Under the pieces are notes generated by a model. The model saw only the letters and a list, made by a program, of their open reading frames with translations. It did no database searches and was not told the DNA's origin. Both the position numbers and the translations under genes were made by a program. This document shows positions 13,301-23,899 of a stretch of DNA of 64,000 nt, piece by piece. Source of the DNA: Lytechinus pictus (lineage: Eukaryota); NCBI RefSeq assembly GCF_037042905.1, contig NC_087247.1, positions 32,550,001 through 32,614,000 of the forward strand. Reading direction: 5' to 3'. The number at the start of each line of letters is the position of its first letter. Position 1 is the stretch's first letter.

Positions 13301-15152
13301 ACCATGACAACATTGAAAGTTTTGCTTTTTGATTGACTCTTCCAATGAAAGGTGATATTCCAGCACGAGTTGCTATCATAAGCCACTTTTTTATGAAATG
13401 AGGCCCAGTGGGTGTTTCACAAATATTTGAGTGTGACTAGAAGTCACACTCAAATTCATAGTTGAATGCTGTATAAAACACATTGTTAGACAAATCTGCT
13501 CAGAGGAATTGCACTACTGCACATTAATCAAGGAGATTGAGTGTAAAATATCAATTGTTCCTCGACACTAAGCAAGTCAAGCTTAAGTCTTGTAAGACAC
13601 CTTTCCCCCCCTGGAATGACAACAGTGCTTTTAAAAACCAATCCAGGGCCATCAACTGTCATGGTCAGGGATCACGTTGATACCCTGTTGACTGGCTATG
13701 ATGACCCTCTCATTGGCCCTTTCTCCTCTGAAACATCTTCTATAAAATGTGGCCTTGCTCTACAGAGCATCTCAAAAAATTACACACTGCTGATGTCAAC
13801 ATGACGGTTAAAATGGAGCACTAAAAATGCAATTCATGTTCACTCATGCATTAATTTCAATTTAATAATTCATGAAATTTACTCAAACAACCAAAACTGA
13901 TCATGATTGATCATTAATTTACCACAACACCCTCAACTTTGCGAGTTCCAAAGGAATCGCCTACCAATAACCACTCACACGTATTGCGAGGTTAGTATTA
14001 GTATACTAACCTCGCACCACGAACCGCGTTTGGCAGTGGATTTCTAACTAGTGGGTCGCGCGTGCTGGGATCTCACTTCTTGGGTCCACAACACACGACT
14101 TCTATGGCTTGATTTTTCTGTGCGCGGTGACATGTAATGAACCCTTGGGTGACCAATAACTGGCCTCAGTCAAGTACGACTATACTCTGTAAAGAGGACT
14201 GTAATAAACGGAAGAAGAAGAAATTGGAAGGCTAATTCCAGCCAAGCCTAATTTTCTTGCCCTTTATTTAAGTGGGCATTGGTCACTCAAGCATGAATAG
14301 ATTTGCTACTTTTTGGTGTCATTTGAAAGTTGACATTATTTGCTTTCCATCTAGAGCTCTATAAAACTTTTCCCCCAAAGTGATATATTTTTATGTGGCA
14401 GCCATTTCAAAAATTTCAGACGCACTGTATATACCTGTTACAAGATTACTTCAAACTGGTAAAATCAAATGATTTAATTCAGTGTGGATCCCCCCTTTTC
14501 GACGATGATCTTTAAGACAGTCAATTAGACTTTAATCTCTGCGATGAGGGCACCCAATTCCATTGTGGTGGCAAAATAAATATGCCCACAAGTTTTGGTC
14601 AAAGGGTATGTATGGTAAGCACAAATAAGGAAAGGATTTCACAATAGCAATGCGTAAATTAATAGGATCAAGGGCATTGAGGCACCGCCACCGGGAAGAG
14701 CCCAGCACACACACAGTGTCACAGCCACAGGACACAGGGCCCCGGCGAGCTATGAATAGTTACCGAAAGCATGATTTGACCAATAAATTCATGTTTATCA
14801 GACATTAGTTCATTTAGTTTTAAGCTGTTCAAATATTCTCCCCCCCCCCAACAAATGCTTTCACCACTCAGTCATATTCATAGCAAACCACGCACAATCA
14901 ATGTGTCATCAACGGTGATTTAACTCCTGTATAATTCCAATTAATCTATCACAAAATTGTGAATATCCCTATTGAATATGTGTGTATTAGAATTGCATGC
15001 GTCAGTTATCGCATTGGCCTTTTTGCGAGTAAGTGCTTGTTCAAGTCAGTAAAAAAAAATTGAAAGTTTACCTGATCTAACTGTTCTTTAAGACCATTTA
15101 GCTGTGGAATCGGAAGCTGCATTAGGTCCACTTGCTGTCCTCCTTCAGACAT
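7313..15152 (-). CDS. PFDN5: Prefoldin subunit 5 (alpha-type prefoldin), 6 coding exons, 156 aa
   Basis: Exons 15072-15152, 13052-13154, 11869-11900, 11289-11363, 9437-9542 and 7313-7386 join in frame (471 nt) with GT-AG ends. Product: [46 protein letters not shown]...[83 protein letters not shown]...*. It carries the PFDN5 signature LVPLTSSxYVPG...[11 protein letters not shown]. Confidence 0.96.
7524..7993. mobile_element. Kolobok-like non-autonomous element
   Basis: TTAA|AGGGGAAGTT...AACTTCCTCT|TTAA. Confidence 0.7.
9437..9542 (-). CDS. PFDN5: PFDN5 exon 5
   Basis: [35 protein letters not shown]; GTAAGT donor. Confidence 0.95.
9783..10080. mobile_element. hAT-like MITE
   Basis: TIR CAGGCATGATAT / ATATCATGCCTG; subterminal TCTGAA repeats. 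Confidence 0.65.
10241..11231 (-). mobile_element. Helentron-associated (HINE/DINE-1-like) element with an internal 153-163 bp tandem array
   Basis: Subterminal IR GTCTCACCTGCAT / ATGCAGGTGAGAC, terminal hairpin, GCC microsatellite; 4 units starting 10504, 10666, 10819 and 10982. Confidence 0.8.
11289..11363 (-). CDS. PFDN5: PFDN5 exon 4
   Basis: [25 protein letters not shown]; GTAAGT donor. Confidence 0.95.
11364..11868 (-). other. U12-type (minor spliceosome) GT-AG intron in PFDN5
   Basis: 5' splice site GTATCCTTT; branch site TTCCTTGAC (plus 11379-11387) close to the CAG; no polypyrimidine tract. Confidence 0.9.
11869..11900 (-). CDS. PFDN5: PFDN5 exon 3 (32 nt)
   Basis: (G)[10 protein letters not shown], followed by the U12-type donor GTATCCTTT. 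Confidence 0.92.
12220..12467. mobile_element. hAT-type MITE inserted in a Helentron-like remnant (about 12190-12620)
   Basis: CAG...CTG ends; perfect 8-bp TSD GATCACCA at 12212-12219 and 12468-12475. Confidence 0.8.
13052..13154 (-). CDS. PFDN5: PFDN5 exon 2
   Basis: [34 protein letters not shown](G); CAG acceptor, GTGAGC donor. Confidence 0.92.
13986..14222 (+). mobile_element. Unclassified repeat with a retroposon-like 3' tail
   Basis: CpG-richer block that starts at a palindrome and ends AATAAACG(GAA)n. Confidence 0.35.
15072..15152 (-). CDS. PFDN5: PFDN5 coding exon 1
   Basis: ATG in context ACCATGT; [27 protein letters not shown]; donor GTAAAC. Confidence 0.9.
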
Positions 15153-15329
15153 GGTTACTTCTTTGATCGCAACTCGTAAAAAAAACTGTAACACTAAGTC
15201 AGTACCAAAGTGACTGAAACTGAAAGTGAAACTGTGACTACACTCCCAACTCAACTTCAAAGTTGCAATCCGCGCACGAGTCGTGAGAGATGTCTAACTA
15301 CGAAAGCCGGACAAACTAAACGCACAAAT
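15153..15329. promoter_or_regulatory. Compact bidirectional promoter and 5'UTRs shared by PFDN5 and the RRM gene
   Basis: Divergent ATGs at 15152 (minus) and 15330 (plus) lie 177 bp apart; locally CpG-richer. Confidence 0.75.
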
Positions 15330-15388
15330 ATGGCAGAAAACAGTGCTAAATCCGAAACTGTGAAGTCCAGAAAGGAGCGTAGAATGCA
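15330..15388 (+). CDS. RRM gene exon 1
   Basis: MAENSAKSETVKSRKERRM(Q); GTAAGT donor, phase 2. Confidence 0.8.
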
Positions 15389-18300
15389 GTAAGTAACAAC
15401 ATATTTTAAGTATTTTTCCAAGCCTCAGTCATCATCAAGTCAAGGCATTTTGACACAGCATCATCACCGATCATGATTTTTCCAAAAAATAATCCAGGCA
15501 CCACATATTGAATTTTGTGTAAGTAAGGACATGTAAAAATTGTAATTTAATTTAACATAATGCAAGCAATGCCAATGCAATGGCAATGTTGATGGTGTTT
15601 CCTGCATTGCATAGTTTACGTATATTCAAAAAGCATTATTAATATGTTTAAAAATGGGAATATTTTAGTTGTTGTAATGTTAGTGTAACGTTTTTCCATT
15701 CTTCCTCAAGTTTTCAACTTCAAGAAATAATGAAATGTCATGTCGCACTATATAAGCTTTTGACTCCGTGCCTCACCAGCGGCTCATGAATAAACTTGAG
15801 TCATATGGTATTACAGGTTGTATCAAGACCTGGAAACACGACTGCATAAGTAATTGCATTTTTCCAGTAGATCCAGTAATAAAGGTAATAATCCTGGCCG
15901 TAGTCGTAGACAGTTTTGCACCAGCCGACTTTGAGAGAATTTCCCCACCATATTAAGTTAACATTAAAAGTCAGATCTAATAATTTGCAAATTAGCAAGT
16001 CTCTCAATCACACCTAATGTACCTAGCGCTTTTAAGAATATCGCGATCGGGAACGTCTGTATTTCGGTTAGATCTCGACGAGGTCATTGTCAAATTCTCA
16101 TTCAGACATCACTTTGCTTGAATTGGTTTCACGGTAGTTTTTTTATGGAATGAAATTAGCGTCCAGAAGATCAGCCTGCGGCCGCTCACCTGTTTGTTCA
16201 CAGCATAATGGCATAATTTTGGTCACTAACTTCAGACCATATAAATATAATAGGGGAATCCCACTCCAAGCGAAGCGATGTCTTGACTGAGAATTTGACG
16301 TCGAGATCGAAGCCGAAATACAGCTGTTCCCGATCACGATAATCAGAAAAGTGGTGGGTTTATTGACCTTGAAATGTGATTGAGAGACTTGCTATGACAT
16401 GTGCGAACAATCTGATTGGGAAATCCTTGTGAAGTCAGCCGGTGCGAAACTGCATTAGCATTGGCCATTCCGACTCCTGAAGCTAGTCAACACTTTTGTT
16501 TTGGTAGATATTTTTTGTAAAATTCAAGTCAGTTAACTATTAGGCCTACCCTTTTTTAATACATCTATACAGATTACAGTTCATTGTGTGATTTAACTGA
16601 ATTGATTTTGTAAAGTTTCCTAAATAAAAATACTTTTTTTAAATTGAAGATGGTGGAGTGAGCATCAGCCACAGCAGAATGAACAAGATAAACAAGGTGA
16701 TTCCACAGGCAAGTCATAATTTGATGATTCATATTAATTCAATACCCTTATTTTAATACCCCCCCCCCACCCCTTCCCATACTGATGAAGAAATGTATAC
16801 GTAAGTAAAATGGAAACTTGAGCAGAGACTGGTCTTTAAAAAAATTTGAAAGTGAAGCCAGTTATATTTTTCTTTTGGCAGGTACCAGTATTTTGAGCCC
16901 TAAAACTGGTGAACTTATGAAAATTTTATATGATTTGTCTGCTTAATGTTTTGTTTGCATTAATAGGAAATACCGAATTATGATTTTACCATGCCATCAG
17001 GTTTTTATAACATTTTATCCAATATTTGTCAGTTTATAGTGTAATTAATTAATTTGAAATAATGTATTTCACCCTTAGGATCAAGTTCAGCAGCTGTGAA
17101 GCCTCCAGTAAAAACAGAGAGTGTGGATGCCCTGGAAACCCAGGGGAAGAAGTCAGGAAAGACCTCAGGAAAAACCTCAACCAAGAAGTTTTATGTGCTC
17201 TTTGTTGGTCAGATTCCATACAGTGCTACAACAGAGGATATAACCAAACACTTCTCTAAAGCTGGTAAGAAAGCATCGTTGTAGCGGAGTCGTCTAAGGT
17301 GCCTGACTACACCATTGCAGTCCGGAGTATGATTCCCGGCACGGCCGCAAAAAAGACATGTTATCTCTAATGCTGTTTTATCTTGCATCAAATAAATGAT
17401 AATGCAATGTGTTAGTAATACCAGCATGTGCACTTAAAAGGAAAAAGATTGGACATTGCCTGAAAAGCTCAATTGAAGGGTTTGGAGGGGGGGGGGGGGG
17501 TAGTTAGTTAGATATTTTTTTGAGTTCTTGTAGTGTGTCCCATTGAAGTAATGTCTGAATGATGTAATAATTGAATTTTTAGTAAAGGAGGATATTCAAA
17601 ATCATAGCAATATAGAATTTGGATTACATGGCTGGCTTAAATAATGTTTCATATTTGTCATTTTCACACGGCAGGTGAATTGAAGTCTGTGAGGTTAGCA
17701 ACACACAAAGACACTGGTAAATCTAGAGGATTTGGCTACATTGAATTTAAAAACAACAAATCATACATGGTGAGTTGAATATCTATTCCCTTGATAACAA
17801 TGAATATCAGTTCTACTGTGGGGTACATTATTTCACGACATGTTTTATGTCATTCAATTCATTTAAAGCTCAGTTCGAGTTCTGGTTTAGAATTATTGAT
17901 GGAAAATGGTTGGAAACAATCCTTAAGTGTTTATCGTATGCCAGAATGCTTATTTACAACAACATTTTTAACAATTCTAGCTTGCTTGAAATGAATTCAT
18001 TACCACATGCGTTTCATGGTGTAGCTAACACAGGAAACAACATTTGAGACCACACTGTATATAAACAGCATTTTTCAATATTTTTGTGATCTTCCTTTGC
18101 TCATTACTCTGTAATTATATGTTTTCCTGAAAAAATGTTCGGCAGATATCATTTGTTTATTTTTGTATAATTCTGTTTAAGTTTTGTTCAAATTCTGTGA
18201 ACACTTTATTTTCTGTTGTTACCAGTATCAGAGTTTATGAAACACAGTATCAACGTTCTTTTAATATTCCATTTATTCTTTTGAAGTGGTCTGGCGAGAA

Positions 18301-18700
18301 TATATTACGTTAAATCTCTGTTTGCATTTCCCAATTTTCATTGGTTTCAGGTTGTTTATTCTGGGAGATACAAAACTATCCAAAGATGAATTAACCTTGA
18401 TATGATCTGAAAAAAATATTGTCACATTGGTATGCTACATAAATTTTTTTGTCTGCTTTTCAGAGTGCGTTAGCAATGCATTTGAGTAAACTTCACGGGA
18501 GACCCATCAACGTTGAGATCACCTCTCCAGGACGTGGTACCAGTCTCTTCAGGAAGGAAAACCTGAAGCGTAAGAACGAGGAGATGGCTCGTTTTCGTGG
18601 ACTCAAGGAAGGAGACGCTGCAGGTGGCGCTATGTGCATACCATCGTCCAAACCACACCCTGGTAACAAGAAACAGAAGTTCAATAAAGGCAAGAGGTGA
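15330..18700 (+). CDS. Single-RRM RNA-binding protein, Nop6-like (nucleolar type), 5 exons, about 207-211 aa
   Basis: Exons 15330-15388, 16650-16708 (or -16696), 17079-17264, 17675-17769 and 18464-18700 join in frame. RNP2 LFVGQI, RNP1 RGFGYIEF, then HLSKLHGRPINVEITSPGRG...RKENLKRKNEEM and a basic C-terminus. Confidence 0.88.
15753..15836 (+). mobile_element. CR1-clade LINE reverse transcriptase fragment
   Basis: Translates AFDSVPHQRLMNKLESYGITGCIKTW, the typical CR1 RT motif. Confidence 0.8.
15911..16452. mobile_element. Non-autonomous TIR element
   Basis: CAGTTTTGCACCAGCCGACTT / AAGTCAGCCGGTGCGAAACTG, plus internal IR TAGCAAGTCTCTCAATCACA / TGTGATTGAGAGACTTGCTA. Confidence 0.7.
16650..16708 (+). 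CDS. RRM gene exon 2 (needed to restore frame)
   Basis: WWSEHQPQQNEQDKQGDST(G); ends at the GC donor CAG|GCAAGT or at an in-frame GT donor 12 nt upstream. Confidence 0.7.
17079..17264 (+). CDS. RRM gene exon 3 (RNP2)
   Basis: SSSAAVKPPVK...KKFYVLFVGQIPYSATTEDITKHFSKA(G). Confidence 0.9.
17273..17440 (+). mobile_element. tRNA-derived SINE head
   Basis: A-box-like TAGCGGAGTCGTCTAAGG and B-box-like AGTATGATTCCC; no complete acceptor stem. Confidence 0.55.
17675..17769 (+). CDS. RRM gene exon 4 (RNP1)
   Basis: ELKSVRLATHKDTGKSRGFGYIEFKNNKSYM; CAG acceptor, GTGAGT donor. Confidence 0.92.
18464..18700 (+). CDS. RRM gene last coding exon
   Basis: SALAMHLSKLHGRPINVEITSPGRG...KKQKFNKGKR*. Confidence 0.9.
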   Translation, partial: SALAMHLSKLHGRPINVEITSPGRGTSLFRKENLKRKNEEMARFRGLKEGDAAGGAMCIPSSKPHPGNKKQKFNKGKR

Positions 18701-19114
18701 CCTTTGAAACGGTGTCGTCATGGACAATAGACTCTATTTGGAAGAATCATTGTGGAGTTACGACCTGAGCTGTCATGGCTTAAGCTGCATGGTCATGAAA
18801 ATGATATTGGAATTATCTGCACATTGAAACTTCAATGAATAGCCAATATTGGCTATTGCTTCAGGAAATATTTTAAAGAATGGGGAATATTAATGTTTCA
18901 GACATAAAATTGAAGTAAAGCAACATGGCGTAGAACAAAGACATTATAAAAAAAGGCTCTGACCCATTTCTAGATGAAACCATATTGTGCAAATTTTTTA
19001 GAGATTTAAAAATCAAATGATTCTTTCAGGAAAATAACTATTAGAATACTAATGTCAACATCAGAATTAATGGCAAGCAGTTAATATACAGTGATGGCCG
19101 AATATGCGGGAAAC

Positions 19115-19352
19115 CAGTGTGTTGGCTCAGTTGGTAGAGCGTCTGTCTCACAACCAGGAGGTCGGGAATTTAAATCCCGGTCGCGTCAGACCAAAAGATG
19201 TTTAAGTATGTGCTGCTACCCTGTTTGCCGTTTAATGATTAAAGGGATAGAGCCTCATCGATATGGCTGCACAGCAGCTGCCGGGCTCATGATTAATTGG
19301 GCAAAGCAAATTTTCAGAGTATTTCATTTCATGTCTATTTAAAAAAATAAAA
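19115..19352 (+). mobile_element. tRNA-derived SINE
   Basis: TGGCTCAGTTGGTAGAGCG...GGAATTTAAATCCC head, conserved-domain-like GTCAGACCAAAAGA...CTGCTACCCTG body and A-rich tail. Confidence 0.75.
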
Positions 19353-21158
19353 ATTGGGATGGATTTTTTTTTTAAGCGTAGTGAATGGTTCAATTATTTT
19401 TATGTTCTAAAATGAATTTGCTTTAATACATGTGAAGAGGAATAAAATATTAAAAATCATCAATTAAGTTTTAATACGACCATTCAGAACTTTGGACAGG
19501 AGTTTGCTCCGTATTTTTATCTTCTCATCAATTGATATGTTTAATTCCAAATTTGGATTGTTGACCAATCATAAGGGGTGTTGGCTTCAATCTAACTCTC
19601 CAGGGTCAAAGGGGAAGGGTCACATTCAGTGGTCAATCCTAAAAAAACTCCTTCTGAGTCTCTCTTCCAATTCATCATTGTCCAGTGGCAGGCCAAGCGG
19701 GGTAGGACACAACACCATTACAGGAGTAGTATTTTTTGTAAAGAATAGTCAGCCCCTCAAAATCTATTGTGTCTCAGCCGTCTGGATCTACCCCATGATG
19801 TGTTTATCTCGGCCAAAGCTGCAGAAAATATTGAATGTGATCATTGTTTGATATTTATTGATCATGGTGGACATTGTAATAACTGATCGTGATAGTAGGG
19901 CTGGTGAAATTCAAATCTTGCTATCATACATTACTTGAAGCTTGATACAAAATACATATATTGGGATTCCAGTTCATGTGTAACAAAGTGTGTTTACCTT
20001 CTGGGGGTGTTTCACATAGATTTATGTTTGACTAATATTCCTACTTAAATGTGAACTGATCAATGCGGTGATGCGATATACCAGTATACAACACATAACT
20101 GGGACTGCATTTTTCAGTCAGACTTAAATCTTTGTAAAGCACTCCTTAAATATCAAAAGTTTTAAGATTCTTTGCCAGTGTCAAGCCGAGGGTGAAATGT
20201 GGGTCAACTTGGGAGATTCCATGGAACAGTGATTTTCACCCACTATTGTTATAAGCTAGCAAAATCCTTGCATTTGATTGGTTCAAAGCAAATTTGTTGG
20301 TGAATATGACTATTTGTTTCATGGAAAAAACTCCCTAGGTCTCTAAGCAGAGTTTACAAGCATCAATATTTAATTTCCATGAAAAGTGATGGACAAATCA
20401 CAACATGTAACTATTTTGTAGAATTCTACTGAACTCATTCGAGTTGTTGATTACCATTCATGGCTATTAAACATTCTTGTGAATAATTTGTGATCTATCT
20501 GTTGAACCATGTTTCATGATATCTCTAATCGATTACGTGATGTGATTTACCAGATGCTACACCATTCAAATTATGTTGCTCGAAATCCCATTAAAAAAAT
20601 TCATAGGAGAAAAGTCTTGTGCATGTTTTTGCTTTTGTTTTACTCTGGCTTAAAAGTCTTTGAGAACATGATTGTTATTGTAAGTAGACTAGAAATTTAG
20701 TCAACATAAGTCATTATAATTTACTCTGAAATTGAATTAAAAATTAAAGTCAATACCAAATTCAATACCAAGAGCCTGGTTTCTAGTACAAATTAACTGG
20801 GAAAATGGGTAAATTGCCAGTCGGTCTACACCCGCTACATCTACTTTCCCATCCCACATGGTCTTATCTTAGTCTGTCTACAATCAGTCCATTTACTATA
20901 CTGCCCATCTTTGGCAAAAGGAAGCAAGAGACATCAGTTGAGTTATTTTAGTTTCTGAAACACCCTTTTGTATGTTGCACGTTCAGGCAAAATTTGGGAA
21001 TAAATAATTGTTCTATGGAAAGATATTGAAGAAAATATGTTAATTTGCATTGACGCCTATGTAAATGATGAACACACATTGTTCATTTACAACAAACAAT
21101 ACTTTTGTAACTTCCTTCCTTTTGCCAAAGTATGGCAGTATAAACCATTTGGTCTGAT

Positions 21159-22066
21159 TGGGGGGGCCACTTCCATTGAAGAGTGGATACCATACGTGAC
21201 CAAGGGGTTTCGAAAAGCACCCTTAACAAGTATTTTCCATGTTTTGAAAATGCACCCCTTAGCAAGTATTGGCGTGTGAAACAATACCCTTAACAAGTAT
21301 TGGAAACAAAACGGTACCCTTGACAAGTATTCCCTAAATCAACCCCCTAAACAAGAACGATATATGAATTGTTATGTCATGGACGTGATCACGGACATCG
21401 GCTTTACCTTTCATTGGGTTTAGTACCACCCCACACACCTCGCTCAAATCGGACCCTAAACGCGTAGTGTTGGGACAAAAAGATATTTTAGTCTTTTTAT
21501 ACCGTCGCATATTGGACCGTAAACACATAGTTTTCCTAGCGAAATATATTCCCTGGGTTAGGGTTGGGTTAGCCCTAACCCCCGGGGAGGGGGGGGGGGC
21601 ACTCCCATTGACGAGTGGATACCATGCGTGACCAAAAAAACATGTGGAAACAATCTTTTTCAAGAGAGGGCACGATACATACGTAATAAAGGTGTCAAAA
21701 ATAATGAAAAAAGGGTATCTATTTTGCTAGGAAAGCTATGTGTTTACAGTCCAATTTGTGAGGGTATAACAGATTATAATACTTTGAAAGGACGAACTTT
21801 TTTGCACCAACACTACGTGTTTAGGGTCCTGTGTTGAGATGGGGTGGTACATACTCAGCGGCCTTATAACTTTAACGCTGATGTATGTTAACCGCTTTGT
21901 CTGTGTTCTCTGGTATTGCAACTCAAATGTGCATAATAATGTCCATAGTAAGGGAATACTTGTTACTGAAGGGTACCGTTTTGTTTCTAATACCACTTGT
22001 TAAGGGTAGGATTTCACACTCCAATACTTGTTAAGGGGTGCATTTTCAGAACATGGAAAATTCTTG
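21159..22066. mobile_element. Two partial copies, in opposite orientation, of an EnSpm/CACTA-like element with CCCGG(G)n TIRs
   Basis: (G)nCACTYCCATTGAnGAGTGGATACCAT ends at 21159 and 21581; subterminal CCCTTAACAAGTATT repeats. Confidence 0.7.
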
Positions 22067-22568
22067 TTAAAGGTCAAGTCCACCCCAGGAAAATGCTGAC
22101 TTTAATAAATAGAGAAAAATCAAACTAGCATAGTGCTGAAAATTTCATCAAAATCGAATGTAAAATAAGAAAGTTATGACATTTTAAAGTTTCGCTTATT
22201 TTTCACAAAACAGTGATATGCACAACTAGGTGACTCAGTCGATGATGTCCATCACTCACTATTTCTTTTGTTTTTTATTGTTTGAATTATACAATATTTC
22301 ATTTTTTTATAGATTTGACAATAAGGACCAACTTGACTGAACCATATAGTATTAAAAAATGCTAATGCCAAATGTTCAGGGAGGAATTAATCGTTGTATC
22401 ACTTGACAATGAGGAGAAAATTAGAATATTTCATATAATAAAATACAAAACAAATAGTGAGTGGATGACCTCAAAGTCTCCTCATTTGCATACCAGCCAG
22501 GATGTGCATATAACTGTTTTGTGAAATTAAGCGAAACTTTGAAATGTCATAACTTTCTTATTTTACAT
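22067..22568. mobile_element. Kolobok-like element, right end truncated
   Basis: TTAA|AGGTCAAGTCCACCCC start; internal IR ATGTAAAATAAGAAAGTTATGACATTT / AAATGTCATAACTTTCTTATTTTACAT. Confidence 0.75.
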
Positions 22569-23148
22569 CCGGGAGGGGGGGGGGGCACTTCCATTGATGA
22601 GTGGATACCATGCATGACCAAAAAATCATGTTAAAGGGATCTGTTTTTTTAAGATAGGGAACGTTTTGTAACGTAATAAGGGTGTCAAAACACTAAAATA
22701 ATGAAAAAAGGGTATATATTTCGCTAGAAAAACTATGTACTTACGGTCCAATTTGCGAGGGTACAAAAATACAAAAATACTTAATAAAGGATGTACATGT
22801 ACTATAGAGGATGCACTACATGTTTATGGTCCTATTTGAGCGAGGTGTGTGGGGTGGTACTAAACCCAAATGAAAGCACAGGTAAAGCTGACGTCCGCGA
22901 TCACGTCCCTGACATAACAATTAAGATATCGTTGTACTTGTGTAGGGGGTCAATTCAGGGAATACTTGTCAAGGGTCATCGTTTGTATCCAATACTTGTT
23001 AAGGGTAGGGTTTCACACGCCAATACTTGTTAAGAGGTGCATTTTCGGAACATAAAAAATACTTGTTTAGGGTGCTTTTTGAAACCCCATCCCATGGTCA
23101 TGCATGGTATCCACTCGTCAATGGAAGTGCCCCCCCCCCCCCCCCCGG
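22569..23148. mobile_element. Complete EnSpm/CACTA-like non-autonomous element
   Basis: About 50-bp TIR CCGG(G)nCACTTCCATTGAYGAGTGGATACCATGCATGACCA at both ends. Confidence 0.8.
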
Positions 23149-23899
23149 TTCCTGCATCAACAAATATAAAATAGTTAGCTTTGACAAGTGTTCTATTGTA
23201 GATTTGCAATTGATTGGAAATATTTTCTTGCAACAATAGTGGGTAATAGACCAAATGGTAACTAGACCAAACTGATAGTGCAGCAAATGAAGTTAGCCCA
23301 TGTGGTATTAGACTGTCTGAGAAGTAGATCAACTGCTTGGTATCTTGGTCAATATAAACATATAATACAGATGACTCTGCATAAGTCTAATCCACTGAAA
23401 GTGGATCACAGAAATCTGTTCGACTTAAAGGGGGAATGTAACCCTGACAATAATGAAGTTTTAATAAAAGGGAGAAAAAAATAGATAAATATTGAAAGTT
23501 TGACAAAATCCAAATACGAAAGTGATTATTTTCTTTTTGAGGTTTGAGTTTGTATTCACAAGCAGCTTACCCAATAGACATGTAATATAAATTCATCCAC
23601 AACTGTTGATATTTGATGGATTGTTGCCAAATCTTAACCAATGCTTCTTTTGTTTTTCTGTTTTCTTATAAAACCAACTTTCTGTCAGGGTGAAAGAAGT
23701 TTGTCTTGGAAGATGCAAATAATGTGTTTAAGTCTGAAATATTGCCATTAGTTTGGCATTTTTCACTTATGGAAGGTAGACTTATGAAGACCCAACTCTA
23801 TTTTTGTTCTTTTATGCAGCAAGCAAAAGTTATTCCCTCTTAAATCTATGCATGACCAACACAGTACAAGACTAAAAAAACATCACACTGGACATTATT

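Noticed and set aside
19115-19192. Functional tRNA gene
   Set aside because: Degenerate B box, broken acceptor and anticodon stems, and a SINE body with A-rich tail follows.
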